From a bacterium (lineage in GTDB: Bacteria > Patescibacteriota > Minisyncoccia > UBA6257 > 02-FULL-45-10c), in the NCBI GenBank assembly GCA_021786945.1, contig JAJYMK010000001.1, positions 794 to 64,793 of the forward strand: a stretch of DNA of 64,000 nt, given 5' to 3'. Each line of letters opens with the position of its first letter. The stretch's first letter is position 1. A model generated the notes under the pieces. The model worked only from the letters and a program-made list of their open reading frames with translations, ran no database searches and was not told the DNA's origin. Both the position numbers and the translations under genes were made by a program. Of the stretch, positions 49,531 through 59,342 are shown piece after piece.

Positions 49531-50463
49531 TTAAAATATAATGAATTTATTGAGCACACTTTTGTATACTCTGTAAGGCTTCGGTCCGACAAATGCCTTA
49601 CCATTAATAAATACGGTGGGTGTTCCGTATAGATGTGTTTTTCTTAATTGATTGACCTGATTAGTCACAGCTTCTTTTGTTGCGGAGTCGTTAACACAAT
49701 CATTTATTTTACTGATATCAAAATCAAAATTTTTCAATATCGTATTGATGTATTCGGACTGATAGATTTCCACCTTATCAACAGTAAATAGGTAGTCATT
49801 AAAAGACCAAAATCTATCTCCATATTCCTTATAAACGCAATAACCGACTTCAGATAGAAAATTGGTATTTTCTTTGGCTGGGTAATGAGCGAAAATATAA
49901 TTGGTCTTTTTTTCTCGTACTAACTTTTGAATATCCGGATAAGCCTTTCTTGTGTAGTCGCATTCATAACAGCCGATCAAAACTATCGTATCTTTAGCGC
50001 CGACTTGCTTAGTCGGAAAGGACGATAAGTCAACGCCGTCCAATGATACATTTTTTTCTGATTTTTCTTCAATTCCGCAAGAAGCATTTATTTCAGTCAC
50101 TTTGTTGTTCTCTCCCTTTGGATCAAAAGCACAAAATCCGCTTTGATTTAATCCATTGCAACTACCGTAAAGATAATAGTTATAACCTCCCTTAACGACA
50201 TAGAATGTGCTGGCAATCATAAGAATAAAAAATATCCAGGCAAACACTTCGTAATAACGATTAAAAGCACGAGCCAAAAAGGTTGACCGATTAAGTAGTT
50301 TGGCAACCATGTGGCTCTTAATTTTTTCTTTGAAGCCAGTATTGCACGGACGCAAGGTCACTCTCCTAAACACGCAATCCAGGGCCTCCTTGGCCATTTG
50401 CCTGTGGGTGGCACTGAAAATGCCAAGTATGGAAAATATTATTAAAGCTACAATACAAATCAT
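49531..50463 (-). CDS. Membrane-anchored DsbA/thioredoxin-fold protein
   Basis: CYECDY CxxC, GTPTVFING; Cys-rich N-terminal TM region. Confidence 0.8.
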   Translation of the reverse strand: MICIVALIIFSILGIFSATHRQMAKEALDCVFRRVTLRPCNTGFKEKIKSHMVAKLLNRSTFLARAFNRYYEVFAWIFFILMIASTFYVVKGGYNYYLYGSCNGLNQSGFCAFDPKGENNKVTEINASCGIEEKSEKNVSLDGVDLSSFPTKQVGAKDTIVLIGCYECDYTRKAYPDIQKLVREKKTNYIFAHYPAKENTNFLSEVGYCVYKEYGDRFWSFNDYLFTVDKVEIYQSEYINTILKNFDFDISKINDCVNDSATKEAVTNQVNQLRKTHLYGTPTVFINGKAFVGPKPYRVYKSVLNKFIIF

Positions 50464-50473
50464 AATTTTGTTT

Positions 50474-51187
50474 TTAGAAATTTCTAATTTTATTTACTTT
50501 CCAATTCATCAGATGTCTGGTCAGATTTTGATAAATGAACTTTTTTATTAAATTCAGCTTCTGTCTGTGAGCAGGAAAGAAAGAATCTGGATCATCAAAG
50601 ACTCCAAAGTCTTTTTTTACGGCCTCTTTTTGGATATAGGTGTCATTTTCATTCCAATAAATATCTGGGTTTTTGAATTTTTTTGTACCAACACCAAAGC
50701 CACAAAAAGCACCGTCACAATTCTTGAATTTTATTTGTAATTTCTTGATATATTCTAAATCTAAAATAAAACCCTCTATGTTTAACCATTTACCTTTGTA
50801 ATACACTTCCACCCAGCTATGAATAATTTCTTCCGGAGCCAGCTTATACCATATCCCAGTTATAATACCTTTTTGCAATTCTTTATGGATTGTAAATCCA
50901 TGAATCCTGCAAGGAATTCCGATTGCCCGGAGTAATGCCATAAATAAAATCCCTTTTGTATTGCAATGACCATAACCCTCACTTAAAATTTCCGAGGCAG
51001 GAAGGGCATCATCTGCATTATACCCAAACCTAATCTCATCGCGAATAAAATTATAGACTGTATATATTTTTTCTTTGTCGGGGAGGGCTTCCCATTTGTG
51101 GATACTGATTAACTCCTGAATATTCTTGCTGTGAAAATTTAACAAAAGGGTTTCTTCCAAATATTTGTTCATGCTATTATTTGTCAT
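50474..51187 (-). CDS. Transglutaminase-like protein
   Basis: GHCNTK...ALLRAIGIPCR, HSWVEVY. Confidence 0.88.
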   Translation of the reverse strand: MTNNSMNKYLEETLLLNFHSKNIQELISIHKWEALPDKEKIYTVYNFIRDEIRFGYNADDALPASEILSEGYGHCNTKGILFMALLRAIGIPCRIHGFTIHKELQKGIITGIWYKLAPEEIIHSWVEVYYKGKWLNIEGFILDLEYIKKLQIKFKNCDGAFCGFGVGTKKFKNPDIYWNENDTYIQKEAVKKDFGVFDDPDSFFPAHRQKLNLIKKFIYQNLTRHLMNWKVNKIRNF

Positions 51188-52392
51188 ATTATCTTCATAA
51201 TTTTATCCAAACTGTTGATAAAGACGCTCGCTTCTTCCAGGCTGTTGTAGAAATAAAGTGATACTCTGGCGGAATTATAAATTTTCTTATCATTAAACCA
51301 AGAATGAACACAGTGTTGCCCCGATCGAATCATAATATTAGACATCTCATCAAGCATTAAGGCAAATTGGTGCATGTCCACACCATCAATATAAAAAGAA
51401 ATTATACCTGATCTTAAGGCCGGATCACCGGGGCCGATGATCTTTATTTTTGGCCACCTACTGAGCTCATCCGTTATATATTTATTAAGTTCATATTCCT
51501 GCTTTTTTATACTGTCAAATCCCACAGCTTCGAGATATTTAACTGCTTCGCCGAGTCCGATAATTCCGGCGTAATCCTGCAGGCCAGCCTCAAACTTTTC
51601 TGGAGCTTTTAACATTTCATGTTTAGTGTAAGTGGAATACTCAACCGTATCTCCGCCGACCATGAATGGCTCTAATTTTTCCAATAAACTGTATTTGGCA
51701 TAAAAGACTCCAGTTCCGGTCGGTCCTAACATTTTGTGACCAGAAAAAGCGAGAAAATCTACATCTAAATCTTTAGCATCTATTTTTTTATGGGGAGCAC
51801 TTTGGGCGGCATCCAAAAAAACAAGTGCGCCGTTTTCGTGGGCGATTTTTATAATTTCTTTAGCCGGGATAGTCGTGCCATCCAGATTAGAAGTATAAAC
51901 CATTGATATCAATCTCGCTTCTTTTGCCAGCTCTTTATATTTTTCAAGATCAAATGTCCCGTCGTCTTTTGATTTAACAACTCTATGCCTGATCCCTTTG
52001 TTTTTTACCAACATCTGCCACGGAATCAAATTGGAATTATGCTCCTTGTCGGTTGTAAGCACTAAATCACCTTTTACCCATGGGAATGTATGTGCCAGTA
52101 AATTAATGGCTTCTGTGGTATTTCGTGTAAAAACAATTTCTTGTTCGCCAGCATTAATAAACTTGGCAATAATTTGCCTTGCTTCTCTTACTTTTTTTGT
52201 TACTATTTCCCCTAATTTATGAGAACTTCTGCCGGAACAGGCTGGGAATTCAAAATAATATTCATTCATGGCGTCAATGACCTGTCGGGGTTTCAAGCTC
52301 ATACAAGCATTGTCAAAATAGACAATGGGTTTGCCTTTTATTTGCTTACTTACCAGTAGGAAGTCTTTTTTTATTTTTTCGTAATCTAACAT
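51184..52392 (-). CDS. Cysteine desulfurase, SufS-type (class II)
   Basis: YFDNAC, EHNSN, SGHKMLGPTG, RSGQHC; ATG at 52392 preferred. Confidence 0.9.
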   Translation of the reverse strand: MLDYEKIKKDFLLVSKQIKGKPIVYFDNACMSLKPRQVIDAMNEYYFEFPACSGRSSHKLGEIVTKKVREARQIIAKFINAGEQEIVFTRNTTEAINLLAHTFPWVKGDLVLTTDKEHNSNLIPWQMLVKNKGIRHRVVKSKDDGTFDLEKYKELAKEARLISMVYTSNLDGTTIPAKEIIKIAHENGALVFLDAAQSAPHKKIDAKDLDVDFLAFSGHKMLGPTGTGVFYAKYSLLEKLEPFMVGGDTVEYSTYTKHEMLKAPEKFEAGLQDYAGIIGLGEAVKYLEAVGFDSIKKQEYELNKYITDELSRWPKIKIIGPGDPALRSGIISFYIDGVDMHQFALMLDEMSNIMIRSGQHCVHSWFNDKKIYNSARVSLYFYNSLEEASVFINSLDKIMKII

Positions 52393-52451
52393 GTTTAGAT
52401 ATGTTACTGATCGGGGGCATTTTTTATTGATGCCCCCGATCAATTTTATAA

Positions 52452-53471
52452 TTAGTGACAACCTCCATTGCCAGAGCTTCCTGAAGGTGCGACGCCTCCA
52501 CCAAAGCCTGGGGCTGGTGTTTCGCTCGATAATTCAGTAGAACATTCTTTGGGAGGATTATTGAAAGCAGAACAGATAGACTTTAATAAACTTTTACTAT
52601 CCCTTCCGCTTTGGCTTTGAGTGCCATTGATAACCAGTGTTGGCGATCCTTGCACGCCATATTTATTATTGTCGCTTTTAAATATTTCAAATCCCGGGTA
52701 GCTTCCCTTAAACCCAACTTTGTTGTTGAAATTTTCCAACACCTTGTATTCTTTATCGGTTTTAGCAACACAGCTACTGAGTTTAGTTTTATCTACTCCA
52801 GACTGGATAAGACAATTTTCGGCTCCACCGTCACCATCCTTCAAGAAACATTCCAAATAAGTCAAATATTTTGCTGTCTGTTCTTTTTGAATACAGTACT
52901 GATTTAACTGTTCCTTTAATTCTTTCTCACCATGCATGGCATAGTCTGTGAATTTTATCTTAAAGTCAATTTTATCACCCAAGACTTTGGCTACTGGCAA
53001 AATTCCCTTTTCAATCTGAGTCCCGTAAGGGCAGTGACTCATCACAAACAGTTCCACCGCAGGTTTGTCAGATTTCTGTTCGACGGTGGATACAACAGGA
53101 TCAGAGTCTTCTTTTGTGTTTTCTTTACTGCCGGCCACACTATTTTTAATCATCTCAAGAGATTGTGGAAAAAACCTTTTACCATCTTTAGTCACAAAAG
53201 ATTCAATCTTCTGCTCATTGTAGGTCACCTCCAATTTATATAAGTTACCTTCCTTACCTAGCACTTTAACCGTTGCTGACCCTTTGCCCTGTAAAAGTTC
53301 TGAATTCACAAATTCAGTTGATTTAGCCTCAATATCCTTAACTGAAAGCCAAGATGAGGAAGCGAAAGCGTAATACGCAAATCCAGCCAGCCCTGCCAAG
53401 ATAATCCCTGCCGTAATCCCAATTAATAATTGTTTATTCAATATTTTATTTAGTGTCATAATTTTATTCAT
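52452..53471 (-). CDS. Exported thioredoxin-fold protein
   Basis: N-terminal TM, VELFVMSHCPYG, GVQGSPTLVING. Confidence 0.8.
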   Translation of the reverse strand: MNKIMTLNKILNKQLLIGITAGIILAGLAGFAYYAFASSSWLSVKDIEAKSTEFVNSELLQGKGSATVKVLGKEGNLYKLEVTYNEQKIESFVTKDGKRFFPQSLEMIKNSVAGSKENTKEDSDPVVSTVEQKSDKPAVELFVMSHCPYGTQIEKGILPVAKVLGDKIDFKIKFTDYAMHGEKELKEQLNQYCIQKEQTAKYLTYLECFLKDGDGGAENCLIQSGVDKTKLSSCVAKTDKEYKVLENFNNKVGFKGSYPGFEIFKSDNNKYGVQGSPTLVINGTQSQSGRDSKSLLKSICSAFNNPPKECSTELSSETPAPGFGGGVAPSGSSGNGGCH

Positions 53472-53529
53472 TAATGTTTAGGTAATAAAAGACTACCCAG
53501 CACAAAACAAAGGTAGTCAACCACAAACA

Positions 53530-53925
53530 TTAATAAATTTTTGGGTTCAAAATCCCAGCCGAGAAAAGAATTACTAGGAGGCTAAGGGGGCCGGGTGATG
53601 GATTAATTTGAAATTTTTGATTACATGAATCACGATCAGAAAAGTTTGTTTTGTTTTTGAAATATCCAAACAGAATAAGCGAAAAGAGTAAGACAAGTAT
53701 TAAAGAAGTCATTCCGTCTGTTTTGATAGTCGCATTAAGAAATTGGGATCTTTCTTGTATGTGCTGGTCGAATGTTTCGCTTACGCAACTATTATCACTG
53801 CAAACTGGTGCACTAAAAGAACAGCCATCTGGTAAGCATATATTCCAAGAAAAAGACAACAGCACCACAAAAGATGTCAAGATAAGAAAAGTGGTAATTA
53901 TGTTGTTTTTTAAGAATCTATGCAT
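53530..53925 (-). CDS. Small Cys-containing membrane protein ending in GILNPKIY
   Basis: Signal/TM, CLPDGC...CSDNSC, second TM; ATG at 53925 preferred. Confidence 0.6.
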   Translation of the reverse strand: MHRFLKNNIITTFLILTSFVVLLSFSWNICLPDGCSFSAPVCSDNSCVSETFDQHIQERSQFLNATIKTDGMTSLILVLLFSLILFGYFKNKTNFSDRDSCNQKFQINPSPGPLSLLVILFSAGILNPKIY

Positions 53926-53933
53926 ATGAATAA

Positions 53934-54449
53934 TTATTCGGGAATATATTCCTGATGACCACAATGACAAGCTGTGCCATCGTTTGTGGACATACTAAAA
54001 TACGACCGCTTAGCGACAATAATTAAATCCGCAAAATTAGGATGGAACGACAAAACTTGCGAATCGGCTTGTAGTGATCGTATGAGCTTTCGGTCCGCTT
54101 CATCCGGTGTTGGGTCAATAGAGCCCGGATGGTTCAATAGAATAATAAACTTCTTGGCCAAAAATAGAGAGAAGTAATGCCACAGCATTTGAGTATCAAA
54201 ATTCTTGGGAGATGATCCGAGGAAAACTTGATGACCGAGGAATAGATTTTTGTCATCAAGATAAATTCCAATAATCTTGGAAACATTCTCGTTTTCCAAG
54301 TCCTTAAGAAATTTATATAAGTCCTCTGGATCACGAACTTGACCCTGAATAGGTAGTTCAACATCAGTCTCAACGATTTCAAATTTCTTCAAATATCGTT
54401 TACCTTCCTGATGTATATTTTCCTCTTTTTTATCTTCTTGTTTTTTCAT
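53934..54449 (-). CDS. RadC/JAB-domain-like protein
   Basis: VRDPED, NHPGSIDPTPDEAD, DLIIV...YFS. Confidence 0.7.
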   Translation of the reverse strand: MKKQEDKKEENIHQEGKRYLKKFEIVETDVELPIQGQVRDPEDLYKFLKDLENENVSKIIGIYLDDKNLFLGHQVFLGSSPKNFDTQMLWHYFSLFLAKKFIILLNHPGSIDPTPDEADRKLIRSLQADSQVLSFHPNFADLIIVAKRSYFSMSTNDGTACHCGHQEYIPE

Positions 54450-54468
54450 AGCGATTTCTTATTAAAAT

Positions 54469-55539
54469 TTATATTTTTACATATCTCGTACCACGGCCAC
54501 GCCCGACACGCTTGACCTTACCGAGTTCAACCAGACGATCCAATGCTTGGCGAACCGTACCGAGGGCAATGTCTGTTGCCTTGACGATTTCGCCGGGAGC
54601 CGCCTCGCCGACACTTGAGATATGCTTCCATACCTCAAATTGTTTTGGTGAGAGAGTGTCTTCCACCCTTTCCTCTTCGAGATATGATAATGCTTTTGTT
54701 GCTTGTTCTCTGACAGCTGAAAGAAAAAAATTCAACCAAGGAGAGATTGTGTCGTGATCAGTCTTGAAAGTTTCTTGTGATTTTCGTAGAGCGATATAGT
54801 ATTCATCTTTTCTGCGTTCAACTATTTGCTCGTGAGAAACATACTGAATGAATTGATATCCCGACTGTAAAAGCAATAGATTTGTAAGGACACGAGAAAG
54901 ACGACCATTACCATCTTCGAATGGGTGGATTTTCAAAAACTCAACGATAAAGTTTGCGATGATTAGGAGGTTATGAAAACGATTCTTCTCAAAAGCATCA
55001 TTTGTCCAATCAACAAGCTCATTCATTTCTTTGCCGGTAAGATAAGCTGGTGTGGTTTCAAACATTATTTGAGCAATGTTTCCGTCCAGTCCAAGAACAC
55101 CGACAGTATTCTCTTTCTTTTTATAACCACCACGATGAGCATCGTCTTTGTGTGAATACTTAAGAAGTTGATTGTGAAGTGAAGTGATCAAACTTTCTCT
55201 CAATGGTAAATTCTGATAACTATCAAAAACATTCTGAAGCGTTTCTAAATATCCCTGAACCTCTTGAGAATCACGATCGGCAAATTTTGAGACAGTAAGA
55301 CCTCTCATAACTTTCTCAACCTCTTCATCGGTCAATCTCGCACCCTCAATACGAGTGGAAGCACCGGCTGAAGTGATCAGTGTAGATTTTTTTAGATTGG
55401 TAATGGCTTGCGGAGTCATTCGTAGCCCAGATTTAAATTCACCACGAATTCCGTCAATCTCAGCCAAAAGAGCCACGATCTGTGGATCGGGATTTTTTAT
55501 TCGATGGTCAAATTTGTTGAAAATGTCGTCCATATTCAT
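54469..55539 (-). CDS. Fic family protein with C-terminal HTH
   Basis: HPFEDGNGRLSR, ASTRIEG. Confidence 0.95.
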   Translation of the reverse strand: MNMDDIFNKFDHRIKNPDPQIVALLAEIDGIRGEFKSGLRMTPQAITNLKKSTLITSAGASTRIEGARLTDEEVEKVMRGLTVSKFADRDSQEVQGYLETLQNVFDSYQNLPLRESLITSLHNQLLKYSHKDDAHRGGYKKKENTVGVLGLDGNIAQIMFETTPAYLTGKEMNELVDWTNDAFEKNRFHNLLIIANFIVEFLKIHPFEDGNGRLSRVLTNLLLLQSGYQFIQYVSHEQIVERRKDEYYIALRKSQETFKTDHDTISPWLNFFLSAVREQATKALSYLEEERVEDTLSPKQFEVWKHISSVGEAAPGEIVKATDIALGTVRQALDRLVELGKVKRVGRGRGTRYVKI

Positions 55540-55860
55540 AGTTTTGGTTGATAATTTAACGCTATAAGTTATATAGTGGATTATAATGGATTACAGCCGT
55601 AAATGCAAGTCAAAGACCTATAAATATCGAAAAGTCCCGAATATGGAGGTTTTATTGGAATATTAGGCTTAAAATTGGGGTTCAAGTACTGGTATTTCCA
55701 ATGTGAATGAAATTATGTTATAATTTAGTCAACTGGTAATGCTTTGCGTTAGTAGCCGTGAAATATGACAGCTTGCTGCTTTTTTTCAATATACAGGTAT
55801 AATAGCGTTAGCTTAGGTAACAGCAAGCTTCATAAAAAACATCCTTTAAATTTATATCTT

Positions 55861-56826
55861 ATGAACAAACAAATTAGTAAAAAATATAAGTCGCTCGACT
55901 TGTTTGCCGGAGTCGGTGGAATAAGGATGGGTTTTGAAAAAGCTGGGTTTGAGACTGTCTTTGGAAATGATTTTGATGCATATTGCAAAATTACCTATGA
56001 TTTAAATTTCAAGGATGTCCCATTAACGGTTGCTGATATTTCAAAAGTTAAAAGCTCCGATCTGCCAAATTTTGATATTCTCCTTGGAGGATTTCCGTGC
56101 CAGCCTTTTTCAATCGCAGGATATCGTAGGGGGTTTCTTGATACAGGACGGGGTGATTTATTTTTTGAAATTGTAAGAATTTTGCGTGACAAAAAACCAC
56201 GAGCAGTTTTTCTTGAAAATGTAAAAAATTTAAAATCACATGATGGTGGAAAAACTTTTAAGATTATCTCTGATGCCCTTGAGGATCTTGGCTATCATGT
56301 AAAGGTAAAAATACTTAATAGCGTAGAATACGGAAATGTGCCTCAGAACAGAGAAAGAGTTTATATTGTTGGTTTCAAATCAAAAAAACAATATGATGCC
56401 TTTGAATTTCCCGAGCCCGTAAAACTAAGCAAAACTATCGCCGATATTCTTGAAAAGAATGTAGACGAAAAATATTATTATACAAATTCACCACTTTATC
56501 CGGAACTCAATAAAACAATCAAAAAAAATAATGTTGTATACCAGTGGCGTCGCATTTATGTTCGGGAAAATAAGAGTGGAGTTTGTCCAACCCTAACTGC
56601 GAATATGGGCATGGGCGGTCACAATGTTCCCCTGATCAGAGATCATAAGGGAATCCGCAAATTAACCCCACGGGAATGTGCAAGGTTCCAAGGATTTCCT
56701 GACAGTTATAAACTTCCAAAAGATTTTCCTGATACGAAGCTTTATAAACAATTTGGTAATTCAGTTACCACAACCGTGATCGAAAGAGTTGCTAAAAAAA
56801 TAAGCAAGGCTTTAGATGTAAAATAG
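55861..56826 (+). CDS. DNA cytosine-5 methyltransferase
   Basis: DLFAGVGG, GFPCQPFS, ENVKNL, QNRERVY, YKQFGNSV. Confidence 0.97.
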   Translation: MNKQISKKYKSLDLFAGVGGIRMGFEKAGFETVFGNDFDAYCKITYDLNFKDVPLTVADISKVKSSDLPNFDILLGGFPCQPFSIAGYRRGFLDTGRGDLFFEIVRILRDKKPRAVFLENVKNLKSHDGGKTFKIISDALEDLGYHVKVKILNSVEYGNVPQNRERVYIVGFKSKKQYDAFEFPEPVKLSKTIADILEKNVDEKYYYTNSPLYPELNKTIKKNNVVYQWRRIYVRENKSGVCPTLTANMGMGGHNVPLIRDHKGIRKLTPRECARFQGFPDSYKLPKDFPDTKLYKQFGNSVTTTVIERVAKKISKALDVK

Positions 56827-56827
56827 C

Positions 56828-58009
56828 ATGTTTTTAGAAAGACAATCACAAAGTCAGGTTGGTTATTACGAACGGCTCCTAAAGGCCGTTGGTTCGTTGT
56901 CGAATCTTTTCTCAGAATCTCCGGAACCATATCTTGCATCACGAGCTACGGAAAATTTATTTTGTAAAGCTTTTGAAGCTCAGAATCTTTCTCGTTCAGA
57001 CGCTTCAGCTGATGCGTCTAAGGGAAAAATTGGATTTGGTATAAAAACATTTCTTGAGGGAAATGGTAGAACAATGCAAAAGGTTGCGGAATTTAATAGT
57101 GACCATTTGATGTTTGGCACTCTTCCGCCCGAGGAAAAAGTAAGAAAAATCGCTGAACTTAGAAATGAGCGTATTTTAACCACGAAGCGTATTTTTGGTC
57201 TGGATGATCTTATTTATCATTGTATAACTCGTAAGGTGGGGAAAATTATTGTATACGAAACTCCCGCCCCACTTATAGATATAAACAGCATAAGAGATGT
57301 TAAGGTCACCGCAAGAGGTGCTACGATACAGTTTTCTGATTCTAACGCTGAATATTCATTTAATAATTCAAAAAGCACTCTTTATAAAAGATTTATAACT
57401 CCCGATCGAGTACTTCTTGATGTGCCTGTAAGGATTTTAACAGACCCATTTTCTGCTGTAGAAAAATTAATATCAGAAGCTGGTCTTATCTTTGCTCCAG
57501 TCAAAGTTTTACCGCATGTATTCTTACCACTATACTCTATGAGGGGTGGTGTTAAGCGCGTACCAGAGAAAAGCGGATTGAACCAATGGAATGCAGCCGG
57601 TCGGCCACGCGATCCAAATGAAATATATATTCCAATTCCTGTGTGGATTCACCGTAAATTTGACGGTTTTTTTCCTCCTCGGGATGGAGCATTCGAACTT
57701 ACGCTCCCAGACGGAACCACTATGAGTGCCAAAGTGTGCCAAGATAATTCCAAGGCATTAATGAGTAATCCTAATTCAGCATTGGGTAAATGGTTATTAA
57801 GAGATGTCTTAAATTTGAAAGAAAAAGAGCTTTTGTCATATGATAAACTTCAAACCATTGGCCTTGATACGGTTGTAATTTACAAGGTCGATAATGAACA
57901 TTTTGATATTGATTTTACTCGTGTGGGTTCTTATGAGAAATTTGAAATTGAAAATGGTGAAAATAACGAATCAGAAACCGACACAACCCAAGATCAAGAC
58001 GATGAATAA
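56828..58009 (+). CDS. Type II restriction endonuclease, NgoFVII-family-like
   Basis: Coupled to the C5 MTase; ENLFC..DA..GIKTF, QKVAEFN, SGLNQWNA.GRPR. Confidence 0.75.
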   Translation: MFLERQSQSQVGYYERLLKAVGSLSNLFSESPEPYLASRATENLFCKAFEAQNLSRSDASADASKGKIGFGIKTFLEGNGRTMQKVAEFNSDHLMFGTLPPEEKVRKIAELRNERILTTKRIFGLDDLIYHCITRKVGKIIVYETPAPLIDINSIRDVKVTARGATIQFSDSNAEYSFNNSKSTLYKRFITPDRVLLDVPVRILTDPFSAVEKLISEAGLIFAPVKVLPHVFLPLYSMRGGVKRVPEKSGLNQWNAAGRPRDPNEIYIPIPVWIHRKFDGFFPPRDGAFELTLPDGTTMSAKVCQDNSKALMSNPNSALGKWLLRDVLNLKEKELLSYDKLQTIGLDTVVIYKVDNEHFDIDFTRVGSYEKFEIENGENNESETDTTQDQDDE

Positions 58010-58029
58010 ATTATGCACAGAAAAAACTA

Positions 58030-58303
58030 TTGTGCTGTTTTTTGAAAAGTAGTATAATGCAATTAACAATCAAATAGAGTTATGCCTCACGAGGCATCCT
58101 GAAAGGAATTCCAAGTTTAAGAGCTTGCGATTAATTATCACTTTTTGTGGTAATCAATCGCAAGCTCTTTTTTGTTTGATTGTTGCCAGCTCTCTGCCAC
58201 GCCCAATAACGGTCGACATCCAATCTTGTTAATCGACCTCACACTGCCCGAGCTCAAGGGTTCGGGTAATAAAAATATACAAGGGATGTGGGCGTGCCAG
58301 AGA
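58030..58303 (+). promoter_or_regulatory. Sigma70-like promoter and highly structured leader of the late operon
   Basis: TTGTGC-17-TATAAT (58030-58058); terminator hairpin at about 58119-58173; further stems to 58303. Confidence 0.6.
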
Positions 58304-58322
58304 TTTGAGAATTAAAAAAAAT

Positions 58323-59342
58323 ATGTTTAGTAAATTTCAAGCATTGCCGAGTTACTTCGGCGGAAAAAGAAAACTGGTCAAGCACATTTTTAAGCCGATC
58401 AAAAAGACCGAGGGAATTTTTATTGATGCATTCTTGGGAGGCGGATCAGTGAGTCTCTACGCCAAAGCAAAAGGATACAAAGTTATAAGCAACGACATCG
58501 CCTTCCGGTCAGTGATCATCGGTCGAGCGATTATCGCAAACAATTCCGTCAAACTTGAATCCGAGGATTTAGCGAGATTATTTTTTGAAACAAAACACGA
58601 CAGCTTTATAAAAAAGAATTATTGTCCAAAAGTATTCACCACCAAGATTGCCGAATTTTTAGATAACGCTTTCGCTTCTGCCAACAAAGTGGAAAACGAA
58701 ACAAAACGCTACCTTTTATTGCATTTATTGATTAAGTTTATTCTTTCTTGTCGACAGTTTGGAAAGTTTACACACACCCGGGACACGCTGGATTTGGAAG
58801 CTCGAAAATGGGAGTGGCCACTCCGGTCCAAGTCTCACGCCCCAAAGAATTTGCGGATGATACAGAATCCAATGATGACTTTGGAAAAATTAAAAGACGA
58901 AATTAATCATGGTATTTTTGATAACCATCAAGACAATGAAATACACCAACAGGATGTGTTTGATTTTCTCAAACAAGTTAAAGGTAATGTTGTTTATTTT
59001 GATCCTCCTTATCCTGGCTCTTCTGCCTACGAAGTTGAGTATGGGATTTTAGATAACATTCTCGCCAACAAAAAGCTGGATAATAAACCGAGTGGTTTCT
59101 CCAACAACGATGCTGATGAATTTTTAGAAAAAATGCTTGAGTCGGCAAAACATATTCCACAGTGGATCATCTCGCTCGGACAAAACAAAGAGGATGTCGG
59201 AATGAAGCCAGAAAAACTTTTGGCGATGGTGCAGAAACATCGCAAAGCCGAAGTGCAGATGATGGAACACAAATGGAGTGTGGCCAACGCCGGAGGTCGA
59301 AACCAAAGTAATAACATCGAATACATGATCGTAACTTTATGA
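58323..59342 (+). CDS. DNA adenine methyltransferase (D12 class-like)
   Basis: YFGGKRKL, DAFLGGGSV, NDI, YFDPPY. Confidence 0.9.
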   Translation: MFSKFQALPSYFGGKRKLVKHIFKPIKKTEGIFIDAFLGGGSVSLYAKAKGYKVISNDIAFRSVIIGRAIIANNSVKLESEDLARLFFETKHDSFIKKNYCPKVFTTKIAEFLDNAFASANKVENETKRYLLLHLLIKFILSCRQFGKFTHTRDTLDLEARKWEWPLRSKSHAPKNLRMIQNPMMTLEKLKDEINHGIFDNHQDNEIHQQDVFDFLKQVKGNVVYFDPPYPGSSAYEVEYGILDNILANKKLDNKPSGFSNNDADEFLEKMLESAKHIPQWIISLGQNKEDVGMKPEKLLAMVQKHRKAEVQMMEHKWSVANAGGRNQSNNIEYMIVTL

